A DNA stretch of 64,000 nucleotides, taken from Planctomycetota bacterium. Lineage in GTDB: Bacteria; Planctomycetota; JAJSAM01; JAJVHW01. Position 1 is the stretch's first letter. Every line of letters begins with the position of its first letter. Where the stretch lies: the NCBI GenBank assembly GCA_965248445.1, contig CBDFJG010000003.1, forward strand, positions 96,001 through 160,000. Reading direction: 5' to 3'. The translations under genes and the position numbers were made by a program. Below are positions 45,666 to 55,990 of this stretch, piece by piece. Below the pieces are notes generated by a model that was not told the origin of the DNA, did no database searches, and worked only from the letters and a program-made list of their open reading frames with translations.

Positions 45666-46934
45666 ATGGCAACCGCCAACCTGAGCGTCCATCAGAAGTC
45701 GCTCCGGTACTTCCACGGTCCGCGCATGGCGAAGGCGCTGGCGCAGAAGGTCTTTTTCCTGAAGACCAGCAAGGACCGTTCGAAGTACGTCCGCTTCGGT
45801 GGCCGGGACGCAACGATGCTGTTCCCGGTACACCACAAGCGCAACTGGGGCACCGCCGCCGGCACCGAGGCCGGTGGAACGGCGACCCCGCGCGCACCGG
45901 GATTCGACGAGTACAGCGTCGCGCTGGCCGAACTGCAGGTCTCGATGGAGATCAGCGATCGGCTCATCAAGGCGACGCGCGCTCGCCCGGATCTCTCCTA
46001 CGTCGGCAACGCCCTGACGTGGAACGTCAATCAGGTGTTCTCCACCGCAGAGAAGATGCTCGGCATCCAAATCTGGGGCGACGGCACCGGCGCACTCGCA
46101 CAGACCGACACGGGCGCGGGGGCGATCACGGCCACGCAGTTCTACGTCGACAACCCCGGCATCGAGCGACTCGAGGTCGGGATGTTCATCGAGGCGTACG
46201 ACCCGGCGAACAAGAGTTCGGGCGGCACGAACCAGCTCACCGCGAACTCCAACGCGGCGCAGGAAATCACCGACATCGACCACAAGAACAACCGCGTCAC
46301 GATCGCCGACACGACGGGGCTGTCGGACAACGACTGGATCATCCCGACCGGTCACTACGCCAAGACCAACCTGAACGGGCTGGACTACCACGTCGACGAC
46401 GGCACGGTGGCGGCCACGTACCAGGGCCTCACGCGGTCGGGCAAGCACTACACGCAGGCGTGGGTCGAGACGACTTCGGGCTCTCTCACCGAGACGAAGA
46501 TGTACGTCCCGCTGCGTCGACTGCAGAAGTTCGGGATCAAGGAGAAGAGTCCGTACATCCTGACCGACCCCGAGTCGCAGGAGACGCTCGCGCTCGCGGT
46601 CCTCAACCGCCAGCGGTTCAAGGGAACCACCACGAAGGGCGGCTTCTCGGCCGTCTCCTTCGAGACGCCCTACGGCACGAGTGAGATCGTCTCCGACCCG
46701 CTCGCCGACCCGTTCAAGATGCGCTTCCTGTGCATGGAGGACTTCGGTTGGGGCTGGATGGGGCGCAAGGGCGGCCAGTGGTTCGACGAAGACGGGAACA
46801 TGCTCGAGAAGAAGGTGGATTCCACCTCCGGCACGGGCTACGCGACCGCCTACGTGGCGACCTGGCTCATGTACTGCCAGCTCATTTGCGAGAACCCGCT
46901 GAACCAGGCGCTCTTCTCCGGCTACACGGCCTGA
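45666..46934 (+). CDS. major capsid protein
   Basis: position, size, QIWGDGTG.LA, LNGL, YCQLICENP. Confidence 0.8.
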   Translation: MATANLSVHQKSLRYFHGPRMAKALAQKVFFLKTSKDRSKYVRFGGRDATMLFPVHHKRNWGTAAGTEAGGTATPRAPGFDEYSVALAELQVSMEISDRLIKATRARPDLSYVGNALTWNVNQVFSTAEKMLGIQIWGDGTGALAQTDTGAGAITATQFYVDNPGIERLEVGMFIEAYDPANKSSGGTNQLTANSNAAQEITDIDHKNNRVTIADTTGLSDNDWIIPTGHYAKTNLNGLDYHVDDGTVAATYQGLTRSGKHYTQAWVETTSGSLTETKMYVPLRRLQKFGIKEKSPYILTDPESQETLALAVLNRQRFKGTTTKGGFSAVSFETPYGTSEIVSDPLADPFKMRFLCMEDFGWGWMGRKGGQWFDEDGNMLEKKVDSTSGTGYATAYVATWLMYCQLICENPLNQALFSGYTA

Positions 46935-47040
46935 GTGAGCGCCGCCCCCTGCACGGGGTGACACAAGCCGACCGGGTCCGGTACCTCGGCCCGGTCGGCA
47001 ACCAACCCCTCGCTGGACCGCGAGGGAAGGGAGTTTCACG

Positions 47041-47679
47041 ATGGAAATGCTCGACTCTTCGCGCGTCATCACCGGGCGCAACATCACCCCGTACACCACG
47101 CGCGTCATCAAGCTCTTCGAGGGCTCAAAGGGCTTTCCCGACGGCATCGAAGTCGTCGAGACAGTGAAGGTCGCTGTGCCCGGCGATGCGGGCCGACCGT
47201 TCCCGCACTCCGGCGTCACGGGGATCGGCCCGGACGATGCGGAGCGTCTGCGCTTTGAGGCGGCCGGGAAGGGCCATCTCTACAAGACGACGAAGCAGAA
47301 GCGCGAGATCCTCGAAGCGAAGCAACTCCACGACACGGAGGTCAACCACTACGGGCGCGCGGTGACGAACCTCACGCCGGCAGAGCAACTCCAGAAGGCC
47401 CTCGCGGCGCTGGAGGAGCCGGAGCTGAAGGCGGCGTTCCTGCGCGCGATGGCCGACACCATCGACGGGCGCAAGACGGCGCCGACGCCGAAGTTCCCGA
47501 CGGTGGAGGAGATCGAAGCCGCGGCCGAGGCGAGCATCTCGACCGGCGGTCTGCCGGAGGATGGTCGACTCGAGGACGCCGGCGCCGCGGCACCCGATGA
47601 GGCGATGGCCGCGGCCGTCGCGGGCACCGACTTCGGTGCGGACCTCGTCGACCTAAATCCGGGGGGCGGACCGGAGTGA
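47041..47679 (+). CDS. phage hypothetical protein
   Basis: RBS GGGAG, GC3 bias. Confidence 0.65.
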   Translation: MEMLDSSRVITGRNITPYTTRVIKLFEGSKGFPDGIEVVETVKVAVPGDAGRPFPHSGVTGIGPDDAERLRFEAAGKGHLYKTTKQKREILEAKQLHDTEVNHYGRAVTNLTPAEQLQKALAALEEPELKAAFLRAMADTIDGRKTAPTPKFPTVEEIEAAAEASISTGGLPEDGRLEDAGAAAPDEAMAAAVAGTDFGADLVDLNPGGGPE

Positions 47680-48206
47680 CCGACGGCGAACTGTTCGACG
47701 CCCCCCCGATCGTGCAGCAGTACGGTCGTCGCGTGCCGAGCGCGATGCAGCGTCGGCTCCAGGACATCCGTCCGAGCTCGTGGTTCATCTTCAATCCGGT
47801 GCTCAACCGCTTCGCCGTCGTCACGTACGTCGGCGACACGCGGACCCACTACCTCGAGTTCGCGGGTACCGGCTACCACGGCTGGGCGTGGACGATGAAC
47901 GTAAACAACCCGGACGGCTCGTACAAGGTCCCCGACGACTCGGCGCTCGCGGAGGTCTTCGAGCGCACGAACGAGCGCATGGCCGGGGGGACCGAGCAGC
48001 AGAAGGTCTTCGATCTCCGCAAGTTCCACCGTGACGCGCGCGAGGAGCGCGACCGCAAGGGCAAACAGGTCATGGCGGACGCGACCGAGGACGCGATCTC
48101 CGAGGTCTACGAACCGCACTCCGTCGCGCGCGTCATGCACACGGGCGGCAGCCGTGACGCCAAGGACGCGACCGTCAACTACGAGTGTGCGGAGGCGGGC
48201 GCATGA
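47676..48206 (+). CDS. phage hypothetical protein
   Basis: GTGA overlap. Confidence 0.65.
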   Translation: MTDGELFDAPPIVQQYGRRVPSAMQRRLQDIRPSSWFIFNPVLNRFAVVTYVGDTRTHYLEFAGTGYHGWAWTMNVNNPDGSYKVPDDSALAEVFERTNERMAGGTEQQKVFDLRKFHRDAREERDRKGKQVMADATEDAISEVYEPHSVARVMHTGGSRDAKDATVNYECAEAGA

Positions 48207-48901
48207 GCACCGGACCCGAACTCCTCGCCCGCCTGCGTCGCCTTGTCAACGAGCTCGCCGAGGGCTCGTCGCCGCGGTGGACCGATGTCGTGCTCTACGA
48301 GTACCTCACCGACGAATACTGGGATTGGTGGCGCGATCTCTCCGCGATGGAGGGCGCTGGCTGGGGCGTCGTGCGCAAGGAGTTCACGGTCGCAGCCGAC
48401 ACGGAGGAGTCCGACCTGTCATCCGTTCTGACGCGCAGGCTCATGCGCATCAACAAGCTCTACTTCAAGCCGTCGCCGAACGTGCGGCCGGTGCCGGTTG
48501 ACAAGGCCCAGGTGGGTGAACTGGAGACGTACCGCTCTCCGAACAGCGTCGGGCTTCGGTTGATCCAAGTGCACGAGCTGCAGTGGCGCGACGGGACGCC
48601 CTACCTGCAGATCCTCCCGAAGAAGGAGGAGGCCGCGGACTTCATCCTCGACTTCATCTACGAGCCGGACGCGATCGACGCGAGCACCACGTCGATCGAC
48701 GTTCCGCAGAGTCACGAGCCGCTCCTGCTCTACCGGGCAGCCCAGGTGGCGCTCGCCGAGGAGGGAACGCAAGACGGCGCGTACGCGGACCGCATCGCGC
48801 GCCTGGAGATGAACCTGCGCGCGTTCATCCACACGAGCGGCGAAGCCCATGGCATCGAGACCGTGCGCGACGAGGTCGGCGCCTTCATCTACGAGGAGTG
48901 A
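48203..48901 (+). CDS. putative head-tail adaptor protein
   Basis: ELLARLRRLVNE..WTD..L..YL, DVPQSHEPLLLYRA pattern of short-tail adaptors. Confidence 0.6.
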   Translation: MSTGPELLARLRRLVNELAEGSSPRWTDVVLYEYLTDEYWDWWRDLSAMEGAGWGVVRKEFTVAADTEESDLSSVLTRRLMRINKLYFKPSPNVRPVPVDKAQVGELETYRSPNSVGLRLIQVHELQWRDGTPYLQILPKKEEAADFILDFIYEPDAIDASTTSIDVPQSHEPLLLYRAAQVALAEEGTQDGAYADRIARLEMNLRAFIHTSGEAHGIETVRDEVGAFIYEE

Positions 48902-49936
48902 ATGGTCAGACGAGTACGCAGACACAGCGAGCAGCGACTCCGCCTCGAGCCGCCGGGTTCACTCGGTCTGGACACGGAGACGACACCCGAGCTCGTCAGC
49001 GAGCGGGCGTTCATCGTTTCGCAGTGGATCCGTCTGTCCTCGCAGGCCGTCGCGCGTGCCAAGGGTGGCAAGAAGATCGCGCAGGGCACCGATGTCGCGA
49101 GCGCGTGGACGTTCGGGTCTGACTCGATCTACGGGAAGATCGCTGCAAATACCGAGCTCCTGATCGGCAAGGGCGGATTCGTCGTGCTCTTCACCGGGAC
49201 CGCCGTGCGGCCCGCGTCAAGCAAGGCCGCGCACTACCTCGCGACGCGCGTGTCCGGCAAGGCGTATGGGCCCTTCTCAATCACCATCTCCGATAGCGGC
49301 ATCCTGACGGCGGCGTGGCGCAAGGACTCGGACGAGTCCGAGGTCTCGATCGCCACGACTTCCGCGATTGCCGCCGGCGCCGATTTCGGCGGGATGTTCA
49401 CGTACACGCCCGAGGAGGGCGGCGGGACGTCACGGCTCTACATCAACGGCGCGGAGGCGGGGACCGCCGTGACGAGCATCGGCGCCGACGAGCAGCCGAT
49501 GATCGACACGGTCGATTGGTACTTCGGCGTCGAGTGGAACCCATCGACGCCGGGCGTGACGGCGGACACGCACTACGACGGCGTCTTCGATGCGTTCACG
49601 CTCAAGTCGCTCGCCGGCACGCGCGCGTCCGAGGGCGACCCGTCTCTCATCGAGACGATGCGCAAGTGGAGCCGCGCGCAGTACCCGGCGCCCGGAGACT
49701 TGAGCGTGCTCGCGTTCTACGACTTCAGCGAGGGCTCGGGCGCGGTGCTCACAGACCGATCGCGCCACAAGAACGACGGGACGATCGTCGGTGCAGCGTC
49801 GAGCGCGACGAAGGTCGCGTACGCCCACAGCACGGTCAACCACGTGGGCCGGTTCGAGGCGAACGACGGCTCACTCGAAAACGAGGTTTTCATCGGCGGC
49901 GATCTGTTCACCGAACAGGTCCGCCAAGGCAACTGA
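48902..49936 (+). CDS. LamG/concanavalin-like virion protein
   Basis: RLYINGAE, YDGVFD, AFYDFSEGSG..TDRS...NDGTI. Confidence 0.7.
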   Translation: MVRRVRRHSEQRLRLEPPGSLGLDTETTPELVSERAFIVSQWIRLSSQAVARAKGGKKIAQGTDVASAWTFGSDSIYGKIAANTELLIGKGGFVVLFTGTAVRPASSKAAHYLATRVSGKAYGPFSITISDSGILTAAWRKDSDESEVSIATTSAIAAGADFGGMFTYTPEEGGGTSRLYINGAEAGTAVTSIGADEQPMIDTVDWYFGVEWNPSTPGVTADTHYDGVFDAFTLKSLAGTRASEGDPSLIETMRKWSRAQYPAPGDLSVLAFYDFSEGSGAVLTDRSRHKNDGTIVGAASSATKVAYAHSTVNHVGRFEANDGSLENEVFIGGDLFTEQVRQGN

Positions 49937-50000
49937 CCCGCGGACAATCCTGCCCCTTCGGGCGGGGAAGCGGGCCGGGTGGCAGAAAGAGGCGAGAGAC

Positions 50001-50412
50001 ATGGCAACGATCCTCCCCCCCCCTGGTCGGCAAGCGCGGCGCTGCGAAGAACTACGTTTCGGTCCGCGCGACGCTGGAGGCGACCACCAGCTACGTCAGC
50101 GGTACGAACGTCCTCGACGTGCGCGGCATCAAGAAGCTGCTGGTCAAGTTCACGTTCGTCATCGGATCGGCGACGACGCTGGAGATCAAAGGCCAGGCGG
50201 CGACCGTCGGCGAAGGCACGTTCGGCGATCTGCTCCACCACACGGACGCCTCCCCCGCGGTCACGGACTCGAAGGAGATTTCGACCGCCCTCGCGAACGG
50301 CGTCTGGGAGCTCGACGTGGAGCACCACAACTACATCAACCTCCAGTTCAAGGTGACCAGAACCGTCACCTCGAACACGGTGGCGTGCGAGGTCGCGGGC
50401 ATCGAGGCGTAG
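50001..50412 (+). CDS. small beta-rich virion protein, frameshifted at a C9 tract (50015-50023)
   Basis: MATILPP joins LVGKRGAAKNY if one C is removed; paralog of the next gene. Confidence 0.65.
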
Positions 50413-50423
50413 TCAGACACAAC

Positions 50424-50447
50424 CCCGGGGAGGTTCGCCTCCCCGGG
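50424..50447 (+). other. perfect UUCG hairpin CCCGGGGAGG-TTCG-CCTCCCCGGG
   Basis: directly visible; no U-tract. Confidence 0.7.
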
Positions 50448-50465
50448 CACTGAGGAGAGACGAGC

Positions 50466-50888
50466 ATGGCAATCATCAACCTGCCGGACATGGGGCGCGA
50501 ACGCGCCGTCGAGGACGCGCTGTCGTTCGTCGAGATCCGCGCCTCGGCGGTCCTCACGGCTGCATACGTCGCCGCCGCGAGCGACCTGAACGTGGCCGGG
50601 AAGAAGAAGCTCGTCATCGACTTCGACTTCACGATTGGCTCGCTCACGTCGGTCGAGATCAAGCTGCAGTACAGCCCCGATGGCGGCACCACGTGGATCG
50701 ATGTGCGGCAGACGGGCGCGTACACCGCCGGCGTGCAGGAACCGGTCCCCGACATCGTGACGCTCACGGCGACCGCCGTCGGCGCCCAGGTGTGGAACGT
50801 GGAAGTTTTCAACCTGATCCGCGTGCTGGCCGACGGCACGGGCACGGTCACGTCGAGCTTGCTCGCGCTGCGGGCGGCGGCGGCGTAG
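50466..50888 (+). CDS. small beta-rich virion protein (decoration/spike-like)
   Basis: GAGGAG RBS; LQYSPDGGTTW; similar to the upstream gene. Confidence 0.7.
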   Translation: MAIINLPDMGRERAVEDALSFVEIRASAVLTAAYVAAASDLNVAGKKKLVIDFDFTIGSLTSVEIKLQYSPDGGTTWIDVRQTGAYTAGVQEPVPDIVTLTATAVGAQVWNVEVFNLIRVLADGTGTVTSSLLALRAAAA

Positions 50889-51491
50889 GTGAGCCGACTC
50901 GTCCGCCTGCAGACCGTCGCGCGCGCGACGAGCGGAGACAACGCCGCGAACCGTCCCGGCGAAACCATCGAGGTGTTGCCACTCACGCACCCAACTCTCG
51001 GGAACGAAGAGAAGAAGGTGCAGGGGTGGCTCAAGGTGGTCGGCGGTACGGCCGCCGCGTGGCGCGGCCTGGTGACGAGTGACGAGGAGACGGGCCACAA
51101 CCATGCCCGTCGGCGCTTCACGTTGTCGCAGGCTGCACTCGCCACTCTCACGACCACGCAGTACGCCGCCGACGCTTCCGCCCCGACCGTGGCGGTCGAA
51201 CTGGCGGATGTGCCGTCGGTGGGCTTCGCCGCGTTCCGGGAAGCCCTCGTGGACGATCGAACCGGCGCGGCGCCGACGCAGGCGACGATGGTGGCCCACG
51301 GCGTTTCGGAGTTCGCTCTCGAGCGCGATCGGTTCGCGGTCATGGACCGCGGCTCGCGTGCGATTCTGCGGACGCTTCGCACTCGGATGGACGAGACGCC
51401 GCTGACGAAGCCGCAGATCGACACCCTTCTCCTCGACATGATGAAGGTCGTCGAGACGGCGGTCGGGGCCACGCCGACGGTGGAACCCTGA
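50889..51491 (+). CDS. phage hypothetical structural protein
   Basis: abuts neighbours. Confidence 0.6.
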   Translation: MSRLVRLQTVARATSGDNAANRPGETIEVLPLTHPTLGNEEKKVQGWLKVVGGTAAAWRGLVTSDEETGHNHARRRFTLSQAALATLTTTQYAADASAPTVAVELADVPSVGFAAFREALVDDRTGAAPTQATMVAHGVSEFALERDRFAVMDRGSRAILRTLRTRMDETPLTKPQIDTLLLDMMKVVETAVGATPTVEP

Positions 51492-52516
51492 TGGCAGTCG
51501 TCAACAAGACCATCGGCGCCGCCGGCGACTACACCACTGCTGCCGGGTGGGAGGCCGCGATCCCGGCCGACCAAGCCCAGGGGGACCCGTGGCACGGTGA
51601 GGTCATCGACGCCGCCAACATGGGTGCCATGACCGTGAACGTGAGCAACGCGAACGCAGCACCCCACCGGATATGGGGTGACGCGTCCGTGCGGTTCACC
51701 ACGTCAACGGACTGGACTACCGCGGGCGGCGCGAAGGATCTCGACGCGATGGCGGCGGGACTCGACTTCGCGTGCCTCTGCGGTGCGTTCGGCGGCTCGA
51801 CGGCGATCGACTGCTCCACCAGCGACTTCGTCGTTCAGTACCTGTGGGTCAGCAACACGTCCGCGAGTTCAGGACGCTCGGTGTACGCCCGGTCAGGCGG
51901 CATCCGCATGAACGTCGGATACTGCATCGTGTCACGGCCGAGCGCCACGAGCGACAGCCCCATCCGCGTGGCAGACGACGACTTCACGATCCACAACTCG
52001 ATCATCTTCGAGGCGGTGCAGGGCGACGGCATCTTGGTCGAAGGGGGCAACGACAACCTCGTCATCGTGCATGTCACGCGCATCGAGGCGACCGAGTACA
52101 ACTCGACGAACACGGCCACGCACACCATCGACAACTCGATCGCGGTGGAGCCGAGCGCGCCGAACCACATCGACCACCTCGACAACTGGACCGGGGACTG
52201 GAACGTCTCGGACGGTCCCTCGAGCAAGAATGAGGGCGCGAACTCGTGGTCCTCACAGACGCCCACGGACGTACTCGTGTCCCCCACTGGGTCCGCTCGC
52301 GACCCGACGCCGGTCGACACGACGTACGTCGGCGCCGATCTTTCGGGGACGTCCCCGACGGACATCGAGGGAACGACGCGGACGCAGTTCCTCGCCGGGG
52401 CGATTGACACAGAGGTCGCTGCGGTGGGTGGGCGCATCGCAAGCCTCGTCGGCTCCGGCGGCCTTGCGGGTGGCGGTAGCGCCCTCGTGGGCGCGGGTGG
52501 AGGAATGATCGGATGA
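51491..52516 (+). CDS. putative tail/receptor-binding protein (beta-helix-like)
   Basis: TIGAAGDYTT..WEAA, N/S-rich repeats, DIEGTTR..AGAI. Confidence 0.6.
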   Translation: MAVVNKTIGAAGDYTTAAGWEAAIPADQAQGDPWHGEVIDAANMGAMTVNVSNANAAPHRIWGDASVRFTTSTDWTTAGGAKDLDAMAAGLDFACLCGAFGGSTAIDCSTSDFVVQYLWVSNTSASSGRSVYARSGGIRMNVGYCIVSRPSATSDSPIRVADDDFTIHNSIIFEAVQGDGILVEGGNDNLVIVHVTRIEATEYNSTNTATHTIDNSIAVEPSAPNHIDHLDNWTGDWNVSDGPSSKNEGANSWSSQTPTDVLVSPTGSARDPTPVDTTYVGADLSGTSPTDIEGTTRTQFLAGAIDTEVAAVGGRIASLVGSGGLAGGGSALVGAGGGMIG

Positions 52517-53538
52517 GCTACCTCGGCGACTACGCAGAGGACTACGCGACGCTGAACTTCGCCTTCACGTCGCGAGCGTTCGCGACCGGAACCCCGACCG
52601 TTCTCGCCGGGACACCCGTGATCTCGGTCTACAAGGGCAGCGCAACGGGCACGGAGAAGACGAGCGCCGAGTCATACATCACGCTGTCCGTGGACTTCGA
52701 CTCCAAGGTGGGGCTGAACAACGTCCTGATCGACCTGAGCGGCGACGCCTTCTTCGCCGTGGGCGAGGACTACAAGGTCGTTATCACGACGGGCACAGTC
52801 GGCGGGGTGTCGGTCGTCGGCGAAGAGGTCGGCACGTTCTCCATCGAGAACCGTTTCGAGGAGGTGGACCTCACGAAGATCGGGGGTGTCGCACAGAGCG
52901 CAACAGACCTCAAGGACTTCGCAGACGCCGGTTACGACCCCGGAACCAACAAGGTGCAGGGCGTGGTGCTCGTGGACACCACCACGACCAACACCGACGT
53001 GCGCGGCACTGACAGCGCCCTCCTCGCTTCGACGTTCTCCACCTTCCGGGGGGCGATCACGTCGCTCGCGGAGTGGCTCGGCCTCATCGCTGGCAAGCAG
53101 GCAGCGGATGCCACGGCGCTTGCAGAGATCAAGACGAGCGGCGCGGGCAGCGGGACGTACGACGAGAGCACGGACTCGCTCGAGGCGGTCCGGGACAACC
53201 AAGCGTCGGGCGCGGCTTACGGAACTCTGGACGGAGATTGGGCCCGCAGCTCGGGGAACCTCTACCGCTTCCAGTGCGCCCTCAAGCTCTCCGGCGAGAA
53301 CGGCATCGTCACGAGCGGGCTCTCGAGCGCGGTGGTCGTGGGCGTGTACGGAAACAACGGGGACACGGATCTCGTCGTGGCGGGCACCTCCATCACGATC
53401 GGCACCGACGGCCGCATCTACGGCAACTTCACCCTCGGGACGCAGCCAACCGACGACGTGCCCGCGGTGCTCGTCGTGACCGTCGTTCACGGCGGCAACA
53501 CGTACCGCGGCCACTTGTACGGAGCGGAGGCAACCTAG
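52513..53538 (+). CDS. phage structural protein
   Basis: T/G/S-rich; FSIENR, DLKDFADAGYDP. Confidence 0.65.
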   Translation: MSYLGDYAEDYATLNFAFTSRAFATGTPTVLAGTPVISVYKGSATGTEKTSAESYITLSVDFDSKVGLNNVLIDLSGDAFFAVGEDYKVVITTGTVGGVSVVGEEVGTFSIENRFEEVDLTKIGGVAQSATDLKDFADAGYDPGTNKVQGVVLVDTTTTNTDVRGTDSALLASTFSTFRGAITSLAEWLGLIAGKQAADATALAEIKTSGAGSGTYDESTDSLEAVRDNQASGAAYGTLDGDWARSSGNLYRFQCALKLSGENGIVTSGLSSAVVVGVYGNNGDTDLVVAGTSITIGTDGRIYGNFTLGTQPTDDVPAVLVVTVVHGGNTYRGHLYGAEAT

Positions 53539-55422
53539 ATGTGGCGCGGGGGCGGCTCGATCCTCGGCGTGACCCTCGGCACCGGCCCCGGCGATGTCAC
53601 GATCACGTACACGTTCTCGCTGGCGACGCCACCGACGCCCGCTCTCGGCACGCAGACGACGTACGCGCCACATCTCACCGCGGGCCCGACGGGGAAGTGC
53701 CCGTACCGCCCAATCGTCAAGCAGACGCTCAACGGCATCCCCTTCTACTGCAACGGCTGGGATGCGCCGTGGTGGCGCGACGTGGCGAAGGGCACGTTCC
53801 GCGACATGGGGAGCGTGGTCCCGACGAGCTTCAACGTCATCAACAACGCCGCCCCGACGTGGCTCCCGAACGGCGACAGCGTCCGCTACTACCTCGTCTT
53901 CCGAAACACGCTGCTCGGGAAGGAAACCTCGCCCCAGGTGTTCGACTACACCAACTCGTCGGGCTCGGCCGCCGGGACCACGATCACGTGGGCCGATCCC
54001 GTGAACGAGTACACGCACGCGGGGATCTACCGGCGGCTCGCCGGCTCCAACACCATTCGGCTCGTCGCCGAAGTCACCATCGCGACCGCCACGTACAACG
54101 ACCTTTCGACGGACGCGACGCTGCGCGCGACCGGCGTCCGCCGCTACATCCGCCGCTACCGCGAGACGCGGCCGCCCGCGTTCGCCGGCATGTCCGAGCA
54201 CGAGGGGCGCCTCTTCGGGTGGACCGGCCTCGACGCCTTCTTGTACTTCGGCCAGCAGTCGCGCGTGGACGGCGAGTTCGTCGAGGACGACTTCCCGAGC
54301 GCGAACATCATCCCCGTCGGCACCGGAGACGGCTACGGCGTCATCGTTGCGGTCGTCAGCCAGGACGCGACGATCTACGTCTTCAAGCGGCGCGCGATCT
54401 ATCGGATCACCGGGACCCCGAATGCGTGGCGCGTGAAGCTCATGTACGCCGAGCGCGGCGCGATGGCGGTGCACTGCGTCGTGCCCGTGCAGGACTTCTT
54501 CGTGTTCCTCGACGAGCGCGGGCTCATGGTCTGGCAGCCGGGCGCTACACCCGTCATCGCGGCCCCGTCGCCAAGTTCAAGTGACAGTTCCGTGTCGAGC
54601 ACGTGGAAGCGCCTGAACCGCGCCGTCGCGCACCGCTTCCACGGCTACTTCCTCGAAGCCGAGGGCGAGGTGCACATGCGCGTCGCGCTCGACCACGACC
54701 CGGTCCCGATGCACAACATCCGCTACGACGTGCGGCACAACCGGATCGTCGGCGTGGACCCCGGCGTCATCTCGACCGCCGCCGGGTACTTGGAGGACGG
54801 CGCGGGCGTCGAGCACCCCTGCCGCGGCGACATCTTCGGGTACGTGTGGCAGGAGGAGGCAGGCAACGCGCAGGGCGCCTACTCCGGCGACACGACGGCA
54901 CCGATCTCGGCCGGGGACGTGTCCTTCATCAACGCCTCGACCGCCTCGTTCGACATCAGCCTCGACGGGATGCTCGGCACCCCGTTCGACCGCATGGACT
55001 CCGACGGCGACGTGATTGACGAGAACATCGTCTACGGCGGCAGCAGCGACACCCTTGTCCCGTTCCTCATCTCGTCGGTCGCGGTGGACAACACGCAGTC
55101 CCTCGCGGTCGGCGTCATCCCGGCCGAGGCGCAGACCGGTCGCGTGAACTTCGGCACGACTGAGCGCGCACACGTGCGGATGCTGCGGCTCAAGTGCGAG
55201 CAGGAGGCATCGGGCCACGAGCTCCGTGTGGGCACGTCGTTCGACGCCGACTCCTTCACATGGCGGATTGACTACGACCTGAGTCAAGCAGTGCCCGGCG
55301 ACATCCCGATTCGGGACCGCGGCGACGCCATCGCGTTCAAGTTCAGCCAGCGATACGCTGGGATGGACTTCTCGATGTCGCTACTCGAGGTGCACGTGGC
55401 GCCGACGGCGGTGCGCGCATGA
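53539..55422 (+). CDS. putative tail nozzle/stabilisation protein (P22 gp10-like)
   Basis: beta-propeller-like: IYRR, HEGRLFG, IYVFKRRAIYRITG, FVFLDERG. Confidence 0.6.
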   Translation: MWRGGGSILGVTLGTGPGDVTITYTFSLATPPTPALGTQTTYAPHLTAGPTGKCPYRPIVKQTLNGIPFYCNGWDAPWWRDVAKGTFRDMGSVVPTSFNVINNAAPTWLPNGDSVRYYLVFRNTLLGKETSPQVFDYTNSSGSAAGTTITWADPVNEYTHAGIYRRLAGSNTIRLVAEVTIATATYNDLSTDATLRATGVRRYIRRYRETRPPAFAGMSEHEGRLFGWTGLDAFLYFGQQSRVDGEFVEDDFPSANIIPVGTGDGYGVIVAVVSQDATIYVFKRRAIYRITGTPNAWRVKLMYAERGAMAVHCVVPVQDFFVFLDERGLMVWQPGATPVIAAPSPSSSDSSVSSTWKRLNRAVAHRFHGYFLEAEGEVHMRVALDHDPVPMHNIRYDVRHNRIVGVDPGVISTAAGYLEDGAGVEHPCRGDIFGYVWQEEAGNAQGAYSGDTTAPISAGDVSFINASTASFDISLDGMLGTPFDRMDSDGDVIDENIVYGGSSDTLVPFLISSVAVDNTQSLAVGVIPAEAQTGRVNFGTTERAHVRMLRLKCEQEASGHELRVGTSFDADSFTWRIDYDLSQAVPGDIPIRDRGDAIAFKFSQRYAGMDFSMSLLEVHVAPTAVRA

Positions 55423-55988
55423 CGACGCGCGGCTACACCGGCGTCCGCGAGGCGGGTTCGCGAACAATGATCGACCGCCTCCGCGAGCTTGAGTCGCAAG
55501 TCTCGGCTCTGCAGACCGCGAAGTACGGGGACCCGATGGACCCGCCCAGCCGGCGCGCGGTCGACACCCTGCGGGACGACACGCTTGAGCTCGTGCAGCG
55601 GTGGGTCCGCGCGTACGAGTTCACCGGCCTGACCGTCGAGGACACGACGGTCTTTCTGGCGGCCCAGCGCACGCGCATCCTGGAAGCCAAGATCGAGGTC
55701 CGCACGGCGGTCTCAGAGGACTCAAGCAACTACTTCGAGCTCGATCTCGTCGTGCTGCGGCTCGATCCCGTGCACGGAGACGACACCGAGGGCGAGACGT
55801 TCGGGTCGCAGCTCTCGACCGAGGGCCGCGCCTTGGCCGTCGATGAAGACATCAGTATCCTTGAAGAGGCCGATGGGCTGGAAATCCTCGGCGGAGAGCG
55901 GCTCGCGATCCTCATGGCCCCGACCGGAGTGCCGGGCGACATGGACGGATCAATCCTGTGGATCAAGGTCGCGCCGATCGTGAGGTAA
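55419..55988 (+). CDS. phage hypothetical protein
   Basis: ATGA overlap. Confidence 0.6.
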   Translation: MTTRGYTGVREAGSRTMIDRLRELESQVSALQTAKYGDPMDPPSRRAVDTLRDDTLELVQRWVRAYEFTGLTVEDTTVFLAAQRTRILEAKIEVRTAVSEDSSNYFELDLVVLRLDPVHGDDTEGETFGSQLSTEGRALAVDEDISILEEADGLEILGGERLAILMAPTGVPGDMDGSILWIKVAPIVR

Positions 55989-55990
55989 CG

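Noticed and set aside
46648..46658. CGGCCGTCTCC matching the tRNA-Ala 3' end (attR)
   Set aside because: Only 11 bp, GC-rich, inside the intact capsid gene; chance
48902..55422. Diversity-generating retroelement or invertible tail-fibre cassette
   Set aside because: No reverse transcriptase, TR/VR pair or inverted crossover sites seen
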